Shown here piece by piece: positions 37,531 through 49,730 of a DNA stretch of 64,000 bases. The notes beneath the pieces were generated by a model that was given only the letters and a program-made list of their open reading frames with translations, was not told the origin of the DNA and made no database searches. Made by a program: the position numbers and the translations under genes. The stretch comes from Camelus dromedarius. Its lineage: Eukaryota. The stretch's first letter is position 1, and each line of letters opens with the position of its first letter. The DNA lies in contig NC_087437.1 in assembly GCF_036321535.1 (NCBI RefSeq), positions 67,396,001 to 67,460,000 on the forward strand, in the 5' to 3' direction.

Positions 37531-38185
37531 ACCAGTATGTGGCCGGAATCAAAGCTGATCTATCTTCTCAGCACCCTTGTGTTTGAAGGTGCCTCTTAAG
37601 CACCTAGAGTCTTCATGATAAATGTTTAATTTGGGAAAAGAAGACAAGATGAAGGGCAGTGTACTCATGGTCTTAGCTAAATGTACTTAGTAACCCACCA
37701 GGCTGCTTTTTTTGATCAAAGGCTTTAGGTCACCCAGGAACTTAGGGTACGAATTGAAAGCTCCCAGTGCTCTTATGCAGGTCAGAAATGAGACTCATCG
37801 TGACTTATGTCTTACTCTTTTTCTGAATCTGATTTGGCTCTGGAGACCAAATAGTGGTCATACATTTTTCATGTTCCATTATCATTTATGGTGAATCACA
37901 CAATTGGTTTTCTAATCATTAATAGTAAACACAATTGCACTGCTCAATTTCATGCTAAACAAACTGTATTGCACGCAGACAAACAATGTAATTTCTAACT
38001 TATATCTGTAGACATATTAAGTCTCACACAGGAAAAAAAAATCCGATTTTACCTTTATAGAACTTCAGAAGGTGCTTTAGAGATCTTTGAGGCTGGTCTT
38101 TAACAATTATTTCTCTGTAAGTAAATGCCGTATATTTTAATGTTGTGTTCACTTTGCACTGCTACATTTCCAGTTACCTGGTGCA

Positions 38186-38217
38186 TTCTTTTGTTTCTCT
38201 GTTTATTTCAGGTGAGT
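38186..38217 (+). other. Juxtaposed 3'/5' splice site (putative recursive splice site)
   Basis: ttcttttgtttctctgtttatttcAG|GTGAGT, with AG at 38210-38211 and GT at 38212-38213. Confidence 0.45.
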
Positions 38218-38228
38218 TTTAACCCCCC

Positions 38229-38435
38229 GGGTTAAGAAGGTAGACTCTGAAATAAGAGTCTACTTTCACTATTTTCTAGCTGTGTGACTTTGAGGAGGTT
38301 ACCTAAGTCTAAAAGCCTCCTATTCCTCATCTACAACAGAAACACTTGCTAGTGTTATAAGAACTAAGTAAGAATATACTTTACGAAATATACAGAATAG
38401 TACCTGGCACAAGTTATATGTTATTTTTAATTGTT
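38229..38435 (+). mobile_element. MIR SINE
   Basis: ggttaagaaggtagactctg...ctagctgtgtgactttgagg...ttcctcatctac...agaatagtacctggcaca. Confidence 0.75.
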
Positions 38436-38629
38436 ATTTTTTCTTAACTCTCTTTCATCTTGCTTTTATATCCCATTCCTCTTTAGCAATGAGTAACTTT
38501 CTAACCATTGATTATTCTGGACACCCATGAAGGTCACTCTTCCTGGCCAGCAAGCCAGACACTTACTAACCAGTCTGGTCAATAGCATGTACTGGCTGGG
38601 GACGCAGCACTCAGCCCAGTGAGTCTTTT

Positions 38630-38865
38630 TTGCACTGTGTGGGAAGAGCGAAGTCTTGGGCATCACTAGGACCTGGTTTGACTTCTGACTCTACATCTTA
38701 TTAATAGTGTTACCTGAGATGTATTCCTTGTGCATTCTGAGCTTCTGTTACTTCACCTACTAGACAAGAGTGATGATCACATCTCATTTGCAAAGTCATA
38801 GGGAGAATTAAAGATGGTAAGCATAAGTACCTAATACTGGTACCCAGCTGTAAATATTATCAGTG
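38630..38865 (+). mobile_element. MIR SINE
   Basis: gacctggtttgacttctgactcta...ctgagcttctgttacttcacctac...gggagaattaaa. Confidence 0.6.
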
Positions 38866-39261
38866 CACGGTATCCTTGGGGTAGAGGGAACTAGTTGGGC
38901 AAAATGGGTTGGGCAAAAACAAAGTAAAGGAATATGGCCAATGGCAATGGGTTGCCACAGAAAAATATTTCAAGTTAGAATTAGCCCAGGCTGAAGAGGA
39001 TTCATAGTTTCTTCTGTAAACACCCTGGGAATTCTGCTTTCATTGAAACTGTCAGGAAGGCTAATAGCAGGGAAATGTGTTTGCAGCTTGCTCTTAGAGC
39101 TTCCCACACCTCTGCTTATTTGCTCCTCTTTCCTCTAACAGGCCATTCCCATTCTCTCTAGAGAACTGTGAAGATACTAATCCTGTCTGCAGAAATCCCT
39201 TTTTAGTTTACAGATCATAAAAAGTGTGAGATTATCTATGGCTGGATACACATAGAGACGC

Positions 39262-39432
39262 TGTGTTGTAGAGGAGTGTGTATTGGACTGGGAGTTGACG
39301 CATTTGGATTTCTGTTAACGGCAAACTGTGTGACCTTAGATAGGGCCATCATTCTCTCTGGGACTCCACTTCTCTGCAGTGAAACTGAGAGGCAGAAGCA
39401 ACCATTTGTAAGGTCTCTTTAGCATCTGAAAC
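39262..39432 (+). mobile_element. MIR/MIR3 SINE
   Basis: ttggactgggagttg...tgtgtgaccttag...tctctctgggactcca...aaggtctctttagc. Confidence 0.65.
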
Positions 39433-39951
39433 TCGAAAATGGTGAGATTAGTTAAGTAACCCAGATTTTTGACTTGCCAGAAGTATTTCCTAAATCACTG
39501 AGTTTTCTTGTGCTGGTGGTTATTCTTCAGTACCTGTTGGGTGATCATAACTGGGTTGCAGGGCTTGCCAGAATTTTCTCTCACTGCCACTGGTGCTGTC
39601 AGCTTTCAATTTCTACATGAACAGCTTCTTTGACTATCTTGATGGCAGTTCAGAGTTTACCTTTGTTTAAATCATTACGAAACTTTACAAAAAGCCTTCC
39701 AGACAGATGCATCACCATTCACTAAACCCAAATTCTGTATGCCTTAACCCAATACAAACCCTATTTTCCTCTTTCCTCGTCCATCCATTCATTTCCTCAT
39801 TCACTCACTCTTTCCAAAAACTTTATTGGATGCCTGCCATATAATTATGTTCAAGATGTGGTGTGGGTGCTGTCTCTGTAGGATTTTATAAACTGGTAGA
39901 GAGCAGGTAAGGCATTCATATCTCAGTGGATCTCTAGGGCCCCAGAAGCAG

Positions 39952-40168
39952 ATTAGCATAGTAGTCTTTAGTAAAGGCAGATTTCAGTGAAATCAAGAAT
40001 GTGTACTCTTGGGCAAATCACTGAACTTCTCTGAGTCTAAATATCTTCATCTGTTAAGTAGAGAGGAAATCACAGTACTTTCCTTGCTGGTTATTGTGAG
40101 CATCAAATGAAATAATATATGCAAGAGTTGCCACAGTCCCCAGCACACAGTGTTGCTCACTTATTATA
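39952..40168 (+). mobile_element. MIR SINE
   Basis: cttgggcaaatcactgaacttctctgagtct...gttattgtgagcatcaaatga...ccagcacacagtg. Confidence 0.75.
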
Positions 40169-40365
40169 ATCTGTAGTAACCTGTAAACTTGGTGAAACAC
40201 ACATTTAAATTTTACACTGAATAAGGTGGATGTATGCAAGTCACAGGGTGAGTAAGCCCAGCAGTTTCCCCCAGTGAGATAATAGATTTTCACCCATTAC
40301 ATGCACAGTAATTCATTAAGGATCTGAAGTGGGGGTGGGCACTAATACTTATTTTGCACTGGACT

Positions 40366-40602
40366 GGATTTTTCATAGAAATTGACAGGCTGATTCTAAA
40401 TTTAATACAGAAATACAAAGGACTTGAAATGGCCAAAACAATTCTGCAAATGAAATACAAATTTGTGGGACAAATACTACCTAACTTTGAGATTTACTAT
40501 AAAGCTACAGTAATAAGAACAGTGTGGTGTTGGCATCAAATCAAATACTTTCAATGTGTGCAGTTTACTGTATATCCATTATACCTCATAAAGCTGTTTT
40601 CA
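40366..40602 (+). mobile_element. L1 ORF2 fragment joined directly to an L1 3' terminus
   Basis: ORF 40354-40623 FFIEIDRLILNLI...LPNFEIYYKATVIRTVWCW (ORF2), then tgtgcagtttactgtatatccattatacctcataaagctgtt (3' end). Confidence 0.8.
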
Positions 40603-42440
40603 GAAGTTCTTTTCTATTTCTAGTTTGATTGGTTTTTCATCATAAATGGATACTAAAAGCCATCAAATGCTTTTTTGCTACATCTTTTGAGATGATCATA
40701 CGCTTTCTCTCCTTTATTTTGTTTATATGGTGATTGAATAAGAAGTGCCTTCTTTTCTGGATTTTTATTATTGCATTTTATTTCATCTGTTAAGAAGGTG
40801 ATACGTATTTTCTTGTTAATTTTTTTAGTGGTAGCCTACAGATTGCAACATGTTTTCTCAATTTATCGATGTCTAATGCAAACTGAGACTTTTATCTCTT
40901 CTTGCAAAATTCAAGGAACTAAAAACCTTTTAATACCTTTGCTGTCTTTTCCAACTTGTGCGCTGTGACTTCATGTATTTTAATCCTCTACAATTTTAAA
41001 AGCCCCAGAAACGTTATTCGTGTAGGTAGCTAATAAACAAATTTGCCCACATATTTAACACTTTTTGTTCATTCCTTTCTTTTAGTATATTCTTTAGTTC
41101 ATGTGTAATGTTGAAAATGCTCTTGGGTTTTACTTACCTGAAAATATCCTCATTTTCTTTCATTTTACTTGGTATGTAATTCTTGCTTGGCAGTTTGTTT
41201 TTTTTTTTTTCAGAAATTTGAAGATACAAGTTCTTTCTTTTTTCTGTTGAGAAGTCAACTGTTACTGTTACCTTTTGAAAGTATTGTTATTTTTATAGCT
41301 GGTTTTAGGAATTTAGCTTCAGCTTGATCTTTAGCAATTTTACTATGCTGTGTGTAGGTGTAATGTTCTTTTTATTTATTCTGCTTACTGTGTTTAGTAC
41401 TTCTTGCATCTATGGCTTAATGTTTCTCATTCATTTTGGGGAATCCTCAGGTATTATTGCCTCAAATATTGCTTTTGCCAATTCTCTCTCTCCTTTCTTT
41501 CTGGGATTTTAATTATACTTAACTAGTAGTTTCTCTCTGTGTTTCCTTTATTTTGTAGAATCTTTTCTGTATTTCCCATCCTCTTCTCCCTGTTATTTCA
41601 TTCAGGGTATGTTCTTCTGACCTAACTTGCAGTGTGTTCATTCTCTAATCAGCTGTATGAAATTTGCTATTAAGCCCATCTGTTGATTTTCTAATTTCTG
41701 ATTTTCTTTCCTTGAACACATTAAACATAGTAAAATTCTACCTATCTTCCTCTTTGGAAGCCCAGTAGATGGGTTTTTATTGTCCACCGTCCTTTTGGCT
41801 TTTCAATCACATTGTCTCATCTCCTCACGTGTCAGGATGTTTTTATTATGTGCCAGTAGGTGAAAAGATATGACAATGTATAAGTTTTTAAAAATTGAAA
41901 ATGTGAAAAAAAATATATGAGTAATTAGTGGCTGAAAGACATGTTATCTTCCTTCAAAGAATAGTAATGTGTGCTTCTGCCAGACAGTTAGTAAGAATGC
42001 TAGCTATTCCAGAGGTCCTGGAATCTCCTGGAAAATCACCAGTTTCAAGGAGGGAAGTGATTTAAATCTGAAGAACCCATAAGGCCAGGTCTGTTTCTAT
42101 TTAGTCCTTACTCCTGGGGCCTAGCCCTACCTGTCACCACCCCAAGCACTCCTCATGGAAGGTTCTGAACTCCAGGTGCTGTGCCCCTGCTCAGCTTCAG
42201 AGCCTTTCAGCTACTTTGTTCAAAATTGGCGGACACTCCTAGGGCACGGTGGCCCTAAGTGCCAGCTTTGTCTCTCTTGATTTCCATCTGCTTCTAGATT
42301 CTGGCCACATAATTGTTCATCGCATTGCTCACTCTTGACAGTTTCAAAGAGATGATGTTAATATTTTATCCAGTTTTTAAAATTGCTCTTTCTCTAGGGA
42401 TGGTCCATCTCAATTATGTAAACCATGTTGCTGGAAAAAG
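40603..42440 (-). mobile_element. Old L1M, ORF2 piece plus ORF1/5' region
   Basis: catcaaatgctttttt...tttgagatgatcata (ORF2 antisense). ttttctgttgagaagtcaactg...tttactatgctgtgtgtaggtg...ttttggggaatcctcagg (ORF1 antisense). Confidence 0.75.
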
Positions 42441-42734
42441 AAATTTTTATTCCATTCAATTTTTCCCCCTCTGTTAGACACCTGAATCTCGATTTCTCAA
42501 ACTTTCCTCCTGCCAAAGTTCTTTACCTTTTAGAAGTATCTTTAAGATGGAATATAAGAAAGGCAAGAAAGTGAAATATGGCACTCTTGGTGTTCCACCA
42601 GACAGATCTTCCCTTCCTTGCAAAAAAACCTCAATTTTCTTCTTGCTACAATATTCTTAACCCCAGGGTGATGAAATTTTTATTAACTTAAGCAAAATAG
42701 AACAATCCTGTTCCTTGGCAGATAACTCAGATTT

Positions 42735-43112
42735 GGTCAATGGGAAATAAAAAGAAGTTTTCTGGGAAGTTGGTATTAGCCCCGCCTCCCCCTTCACTAT
42801 AGCCACTAAAGACAGAGCCACACTCTCCGTGTTCCTACCCACTTCCTTATTTTTCAGATACTGTTTGGGGAAACAGGACACAAGAGTTGTTGCAGCTAAC
42901 TTGTGATAATGAGAGCAACGACTAACACATGAATAATTATAGTGCAGAATAGCAGCATTAAATCAAGGTTATTGTTGACACTGTTGAGCTGCTGTACCAA
43001 CTTTTGAATCCCCCTAATCCTGGATTTCTTGTTATCTGAGATAACAGATCTGTATTATTGTCACTTTTAATCAGGAATTGTTACGTGCAGCAAGACATAT
43101 CCCAACGGATAT
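42735..43112 (+). mobile_element. Old MLT1 (K/L-type) LTR
   Basis: gacactgttgagctgctgtaccaa...ctggatttcttgttatctgagataa...tgttacgtgcagc...atcccaacggata. Confidence 0.65.
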
Positions 43113-43738
43113 GGTAAACTTCCCTGAATTGCATCTTAATATTTCTAAGGTATGCATATAACCTCTTTGTCTGGACCATTTGCCCACATCCCATGGCACA
43201 GCTCTGATGGTTTCTTTTCCCAAGAAACAAGTCTACCTTTGTTCCTTCTGTGCTTCTTTATTTTCTCTTCTGTCCATTGCATTTCCGTCTACAATGCTGA
43301 AACTGTCAACTTTGTTCTCTCCTAGGTTGAGTCCCATTACACTTCCGTCAAAACCCGGGCAATGTCTTCTTTCTCTGTCAAGGAGCTTTTATAAAAGTTT
43401 TCCTCTAGATAAAGAGGGATATCCTCCCTCTTCAGATATTTCAAAGAAGCATCCAATCTTTTGCCTGAAACTCAGCCTTACTTTAGTGACTAACCTCCTC
43501 TAACATTAAGGTCTGAGAAAGGACAGGATTCCACATGTAGGAACATTCTCATCTAAGTTATTCCTGCTGACCCTCTGTGAGAAATACTTAAGAGATGCAT
43601 GAGAATGTGTCACACTGATGCCGAGGTGAAATTAGGTGTGTGCTTGTTCTTTTGTTTATACATACTAGGCGGGGTTTTGCATTTGCTTAGAAATGCTTGT
43701 CTAAAATCAAGCATGAGTCAATCAGAGGTGCCTTCTAC

Positions 43739-43788
43739 TTTTTTTTTTTTTAGTTAAAGTATAGTCAGTTACAGCGTGTCAGTTTCTC
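43739..43788 (-). mobile_element. Extremely truncated L1 3' terminus with poly(A)
   Basis: T-run followed by agttaaagtatagtcagttacagcgtgtcagtttct. Confidence 0.6.
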
Positions 43789-44409
43789 ATCTCGGGGCTT
43801 ATGGCCTAGATGTGAGAGATGGGGATGGAATGGGCGCGGCTCTAGTGTTGGGATTCTTTCACTTTTAGAGCCAGCAACTCCTGCATTCTCCTCCAAGTAG
43901 GCTCCGCGGGCTGATTTTTAAGCAGTGTACGAGGCTGCCTCCACTGACTCCATGAAGTGGCCTGGGGAAGAATTCAAGATGTGGACAATGCCTGTTGGCA
44001 CCAGCCCAGATACACGAGGACACTTTAGTTCAATATGTTTAGGGAATGTTCCTCAAATTATCTTGTTAAAAATCTGTCATTCACCCTTCTGGGCTGACCG
44101 TTGATAAGGCGTTTAATGAATATGCATTTTGATAGGCAGACAGCCTCATCTTCATTAGCTGGATTTGTCCTTCATCAGATGAAGTCTAGACAAAGGACCC
44201 TTGTCATCATTCTGTGTCTGTTTGGCCACAGAAGTGATCGGAATTAATGTTCCAGCTGACCCGTCTGTAGAGGTCACAGGCCTGGACTCTGCAGTGAGCA
44301 AGGGAGGATGCTGTCTATTAGCATTTGGAATTTCCTGATGCACACCACTGGCCACAGGGCTGGCTTTAGGCAACTTTGTTAAGTAGATGGCTTACTAACA
44401 TCAACACAT

Positions 44410-45215
44410 TAGGGGTGTCTACTTAACATTTTGAAGCAGAACTCCAGATCTGCCCTCAAACCCACTCCTCTACTGGAGTTTCCGTGTCAGTCTGTGGCAA
44501 CTCCATTCTTCCCGTAAAAAACTGTGCTGTCATCTTTGCCTCCGTTGTGTCCCTCACACAGCACATCCAACCCACCTATTGGCTACTCTCAAAATTTATC
44601 TAGAAATTAGCTGCTATCCTTCTAGACTGAGCTCTCATCTCTGCCCTGATTTTTTCCACGGTATCCTCAGTTGTCTTCCTACTTCCACCTTTGCCCCATT
44701 TCAGACTGTCCTCTAAGCAGCAAATTTACCTCTAAAAATATAGATTGGTGCAGACTATTACTCCCTTCAATCCTCCAGCTACCTCACAAGCTCATCACTT
44801 AACGTTCTCCCTCATATTCGTTCTGCGTCACCTGTATTGCCTCCTTCCTGCTCCCGGAAACTGCTGAACATGCCTGGAGTGCTGTCCTCTCAGGACCTTT
44901 GCGTTTGTTTCCTTTGCCTGGACCACTCTTCTCCTGGGTATCAGCACTTCTTTCCTTTCTTCTGTCTAAGTCATCTTCTCGTTGATGCCTACCCTGACCC
45001 CTTAATTAAACCTTTACCTCCCTCTCTGTCTCCCCATTTTCCTGCTTCATTTTTCCCCATAGCACTCATCATCATCTGGCAGACTATCTTTTACTTATTT
45101 GTTTTATTTGTTGTTGTCTTCCAGTAGAATATATGGTTGATGCAGGTAGGACATCCTGTCTGTTTTATTCATTGAGGTAGCACCAGCATCTAGAACAGTG
45201 TCTGGCACAGAAATA
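44410..45215 (+). mobile_element. L2 3' region
   Basis: tcagtctgtggcaactccattcttcc...cctctcaggacctttgc...ccagcatctagaacagtgtctggcacag. Confidence 0.85.
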
Positions 45216-45225
45216 AAATGTGCTC

Positions 45226-45410
45226 CAGTGCTCACAAGTGGGAACAGCCACCTGATTTTGTAAATAAAGGTTTATTGGAGTATAGTGTCATCCATTCTTT
45301 TACATATTGTACCTGGTCCCTTTTGAGCTACATTGTCAGAGATGATGTAATTTATGAGCATAAGACATTTTACTCTTTGATCCTTTAAGAAAATGTTTGC
45401 AAAACCCTGC
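45226..45410 (+). mobile_element. MER58A-like MITE (internally deleted)
   Basis: ccacctgattttgtaaataaaggtttattgga...tttacatattgt...aaaatgtttgcaaaaccctg. Confidence 0.75.
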
Positions 45411-45468
45411 TTTCAAGGGTTCACAGTGTAGACGGGGAAATAGGGCTGGCAACTTTCAGAAGACAGTT

Positions 45469-45860
45469 TGCTATGGGTCTCTCATGTTTCTGCCCATCTG
45501 ATTGCCTGTTTAATCAGATGTATTTTTTTCAAGGAAGTCTGTATAGCCAACAGCATTGGAAGATGTGATATCTTTCTTCAGCGGGAAGGACAGATGTGTG
45601 TACTGACTGTCATAAAAGACTCTGGTTCCCTAACCCAGTGTGTGTGCAGGTGTCACGTGGTCTTCTGCAGCATCCAGTGGGAACTGGGGTTCAGGGAACC
45701 AGCACAACAAAACCTAATGTTCCAGCTGTTGCTTTTGCTGTGAGCAATAAAATACCATTTCATGTCTTCTGTCAACTTTCATGAAACGGGAGGCGGGGGG
45801 AGGGGGCTGCTAATTGGCTAGTTTGTAAATACGGTAAAATCTTTGACCCTTCACAATACC
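45469..45860 (+). mobile_element. ERV1-class solo LTR (MER90-like)
   Basis: tgctatgggtctctcatgtttctgc...cataaaagactctggttccctaa...gctgtgagcaataaa...ggtaaaatctttgacccttcaca. TATA-like and AATAAA motifs are in LTR order. Family name uncertain. Confidence 0.7.
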
Positions 45861-45899
45861 TAAAAAATATGCCAAGCATGCAAAGTGGTAGATGCCCAA

Positions 45900-47260
45900 C
45901 CCTCAGAGTTGACTGGAAGAGGAGACTTGATAACAGAAGTTTTATAGGATACAAAGGAATACAGAAGACATTGGGAGTTAAAGAAAGTGGGAAAGTTGAT
46001 GGAACTTATTCCCAGAGGGTAGAGGAGAAAAGGGGCCAAAGAAAGAAGGCCATCTCTTCCACCCTTTAAGGCAGATTCGGAGGAAAAAGAATGAGTAGAT
46101 TGGATATGGATGAGAAGGTAAGACTTCAGTAAATGGGTAGGAAAGAAGAGAATATTTCAGGTAAGGGGGTAAGGAAGATGGTGATAGGGGAGGTTCCAGG
46201 TTATTGGGAGCTTTGGATGACATGCAAGGAATGTGGAGTTTATCTTACAGGCTGGAGAGACTACTTGGAGACTTGCCAATAGAAGATAAAGCAAAATGGC
46301 ATTTTAGAAAGACTAATCAGTCTAATGTGCAGAATGCTTTAAGATGGGGAAAGTCTAGAATGGAGAGGTTAGTTAGGAGACATAAAAATTTTATAGTGTA
46401 CCATTAAGTACTTCTGATGGGTTAAAGTCTTAGAGTAAAAAATAAACAAACAAAACCCCCTGTGTATCTACAGTCCATCTTAAGAAATACGTCACGAGTA
46501 CAGTTGAATAGCTGTGTGTACCCCCTCTAGGCACCCTCCTCTTCTCAGCCCTCTGCTCCACCCCCTGCTGAGGAGCCATGATAATGATTTTGCTATTTAA
46601 GAATTCCATGCTTTTAAAAGATACTTTTACTAAATTATGTTACTAATACAACAATGATATTATTTGTATGATCTGAAATATTTTCAAAAGGATATCATGT
46701 TGTGCTGTTGCTATTTTTGTGAACATTTGGTTGTGAAAATCATCCATGTTGATATATGTAGCTTTAGTTTATTTATTTTCACTGTTGTACATTACTCTAT
46801 TTCATTGTGTGAACATACCAGAATCGATCCGTTCTCTTGTTGATGGCCATGTGCACATTTTTCAGTTTTTTGTTGTTCCAGTCAATGCTGAAGTAAAGAT
46901 TTTTATAGTTTTTCTGTGCGTGTGTGAGAATTCTTAAGGGTGTACACGTGAGAATGGAATTTCTGGGTTATAAGATATGCTAATAGGAAAGATATTGAAA
47001 TAGTCTAAGTGAGAAGTATCCAGATCAGAGTTGAATTACGTAATGGGAGGGAAAAAATCATTAGTAAGGGATATTGGCTAGAACTTGACCCACAAGATGT
47101 GGGGGAGACAGAGGAGTAGGATTTAAGAATGACACTGAGGTCATATGGGAGGGGATGGGGCAGGATAATAATGCCACCTCAGACAGAAAGGGGAAAGCAT
47201 GGAAGAGTGCTAACCTGAGGGGATACACTGCAGGCACATGGCTAGTAGGGTGGTGATGGG
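45900..47260 (-). mobile_element. L2 split by an L1ME 3' fragment (about 46420-46980, minus)
   Basis: L2: gcattttagaaagactaatc...ggagaggttagttaggag resumes at aatagtctaagtgaga. L1ME: catccatgttgatatatgtagctttagttt...gaatggaatttctgggt. Confidence 0.65.
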
Positions 47261-47454
47261 AATTGTAATCCACATGATGTGTATTTCTGGCAGATTTAAT
47301 ATTTTGAGTTACATCTTGAGAGAAACAAATCATATCAGAGATGTAACTTATGTGCTGTTTTTAGAATTTTATAGTTAAAACCATGTAAGAAGGTACCCAC
47401 ATAAGGGGAGGTGACTGGAACAAGAAAAGCACCAACAGGGCAGTGCCTGGATGG

Positions 47455-47824
47455 TGTTATTGCTCATGGCTATTCAGAGCTGCTTCTCTGTCTGAGGACC
47501 CTCACCCTCTGCCCTGAGACCTTGTGTGCCTCCTGTGGGAGGGTGTACAGCCCAGACTCTCTTACTCTGGGTTTGGCCACACGATGTGCTTTGGCTAAAG
47601 GCATGTAAGCAAATACAAAGGATGTCATGTCTGAGCAGAAGTGTGGGAACTGCTCATTCCGCCCGGATCCCAAAAAGGAAGACACAAGAGGCAGAGCTCC
47701 AGCCTGCAGCAGAGCTGCAACCAACCTGCAGTCTGTAAATGACATGGAAAAGAAAGAAATGTTTATTGTTATAAGCTGCTGGGTTTGAGGGAAAGTCATT
47801 CCTTCCCCCAGGCTGACTGATACA
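47455..47824 (+). mobile_element. MLT1 LTR
   Basis: gggtttggccacacgatgtgctttggctaa...aaatgtttattgttataagc...gctgactgataca. Confidence 0.75.
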
Positions 47825-47949
47825 AGTCACTGGTGCAGAAGCAGATCTGCAAGGAGTTAAGGAATGAATGTTTGTGGGGGAAAAAAGTTGCATTGATTTT
47901 GGTCTAATTTCTTAAGAATTCTAGTGGTAAAACCAAAGGAGAGTGAGAT

Positions 47950-48350
47950 GTGGTAGAAACAGCTAATACTCACTAATATCCAATATGCTTTCCTCCAAAC
48001 AGAATCCTTAAAATTAGCCATGACCATAAGAGTTGCTTTGGCCAATAAAATGTCTGCAGAGTGATGTGTCTCAGTGTTGGGCAGAAGCATTTAAGGAGCT
48101 CATGTGCAATTCTCCATCCTTCTCTTCCTCTCCTGTACCAGCCACAGTAACTGCATACACTGCAATTGCTGTACACTGTGCAGTTACAGGATGGTGGAAT
48201 ATCCTTTATTTGGGACATAGAATATATTTGTTCTAGAGAGTCACCCTGCCCTACAGTGCACTTATGAGAAATGAACCTCTGTGGTTTCCTCTGAGATGCT
48301 GATGTTGTTTGCCCCTGTAGCAGAGCCTGGCACGCCCTGACTGAATGACA
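47950..48350 (+). mobile_element. MLT1J-like LTR
   Basis: gttgctttggccaataaaatgt...ggcagaagcatttaag...tgagaaatgaacct...gcagagcctggc...cctgactgaat. Confidence 0.75.
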
Positions 48351-48644
48351 TGGAATCCCGAGGCAACAACAGCATCAGAGGAAGGTCTTTTTAGACTAGA
48401 TGCAACTAAGATTGAGGATAGAGATGAAAACGTCCAAAGAAAGGGAAGAGATGGCGGAAGGGGTAAACTAGTGAAGTAAGGCAGCAGAGAGAGGAGAGGT
48501 AATTGCAAGCTGTATTAGTAGGAAATGATAAAGGGCATCTCTTTCTCAGGATTATGAGTGGATTCTCATAGCATAGACCAGTCTATTTATTCTGGTAGGA
48601 GTTCTGGTTCTTAAAGAGTTGGGACATGATAATAGAAATTTTAT

Positions 48645-49140
48645 TAATAAGCACTTTTTAACTTACAAATAATAAGATTCTCATTCAAAGTGAAGGAGAA
48701 TTGGTTGCTCATGGAACACATCATTTAAAAACAGGTGGCATTGGTCTCAGGAACAACTGGTTTCCTGGCCTGTGATGCTGTCAGGACTCTCTCAATCTGT
48801 GTCACTTTTCAGCTTCTCTTATGTATTGGCCTCATCTTTTCCTAATACAGGCAAGCTTTCTCTATAAGGCAAGGCACATGGCCACTTGCAGCCCTGAACT
48901 CACTTCCCAGAAGTCCTGCCACCACAGAGGAAAGATATGACTTCTGCTCCTTCAAGCCAGAACTGTCCTGGAGCAGGACTCTGCGTGGATCATCTGTCAA
49001 TTCCAGGCCAATAGCGGTGGCCAGACAGTTGGACATTATTTATTGACTCTTGCATACTTCTGTGGTCAAGAGCACAAGATATATGGCCAGAAAAGATGGA
49101 GCAGGTTCTGTACAGGGAAATACAATGACAGCTGCAGGAA
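48645..49140 (-). mobile_element. Old MLT1 (K/L-type) LTR
   Basis: aacttacaaataataagattctcattcaaa...tgtcaggactctct...ttggcctcatctttt...ggccaatagcggtggccag. Confidence 0.6.
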
Positions 49141-49584
49141 TGTGCAAGTAATCAGTGTAGTAGAGTCCTCTACACTTGGAAATGCAACTTGATTGTGGAA
49201 TGAGTTAATATTATCTGTTGCACAGAACGTCCCAAGTTCTAAATTTTGAAATATTTATTTCACCTATCATATAATCAGAAACATAGACTTTAGAAAAGGA
49301 AACTGCAAAAACTTATTTGACAATGACAGGAAAAGAATGAGAATGGTAGGAAATGTGGCCAGGGAGGTTCTTGACAGCAGACTTAGAGGGAGGTGTTACC
49401 AATATGCATAATGGCAGAAACATCTGTAAGGCCTTTTTTCCCAAAGTTTTTTCTCAAACAGAATCCTTCTGAAGACTTCATAGAGTCATCCTATTGAGGA
49501 AGATATTGTAGCCCCTTAAAAAACACACATACCCTGGAGAGGAGAGATTGCACATGTAATATTTGTTGCATATCTACTAGCCAT

Positions 49585-49730
49585 ATTATTGATGTTATTA
49601 CTATGACTGCTGAGAGTGGACGAAGGAAGCTCATTTAATATGATGAATCTGAGGATGGGAAAGTTTCTGAACTTGCCCAAGTTTAAATAACTAGTGAGTA
49701 GCTGAACCAATATTAAAAGCCAGGCCTATG
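49585..49730 (-). mobile_element. MIR SINE
   Basis: tgatgaatctgagg...gaacttgcccaagttt...ctagtgagtagctgaacca. Confidence 0.6.
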
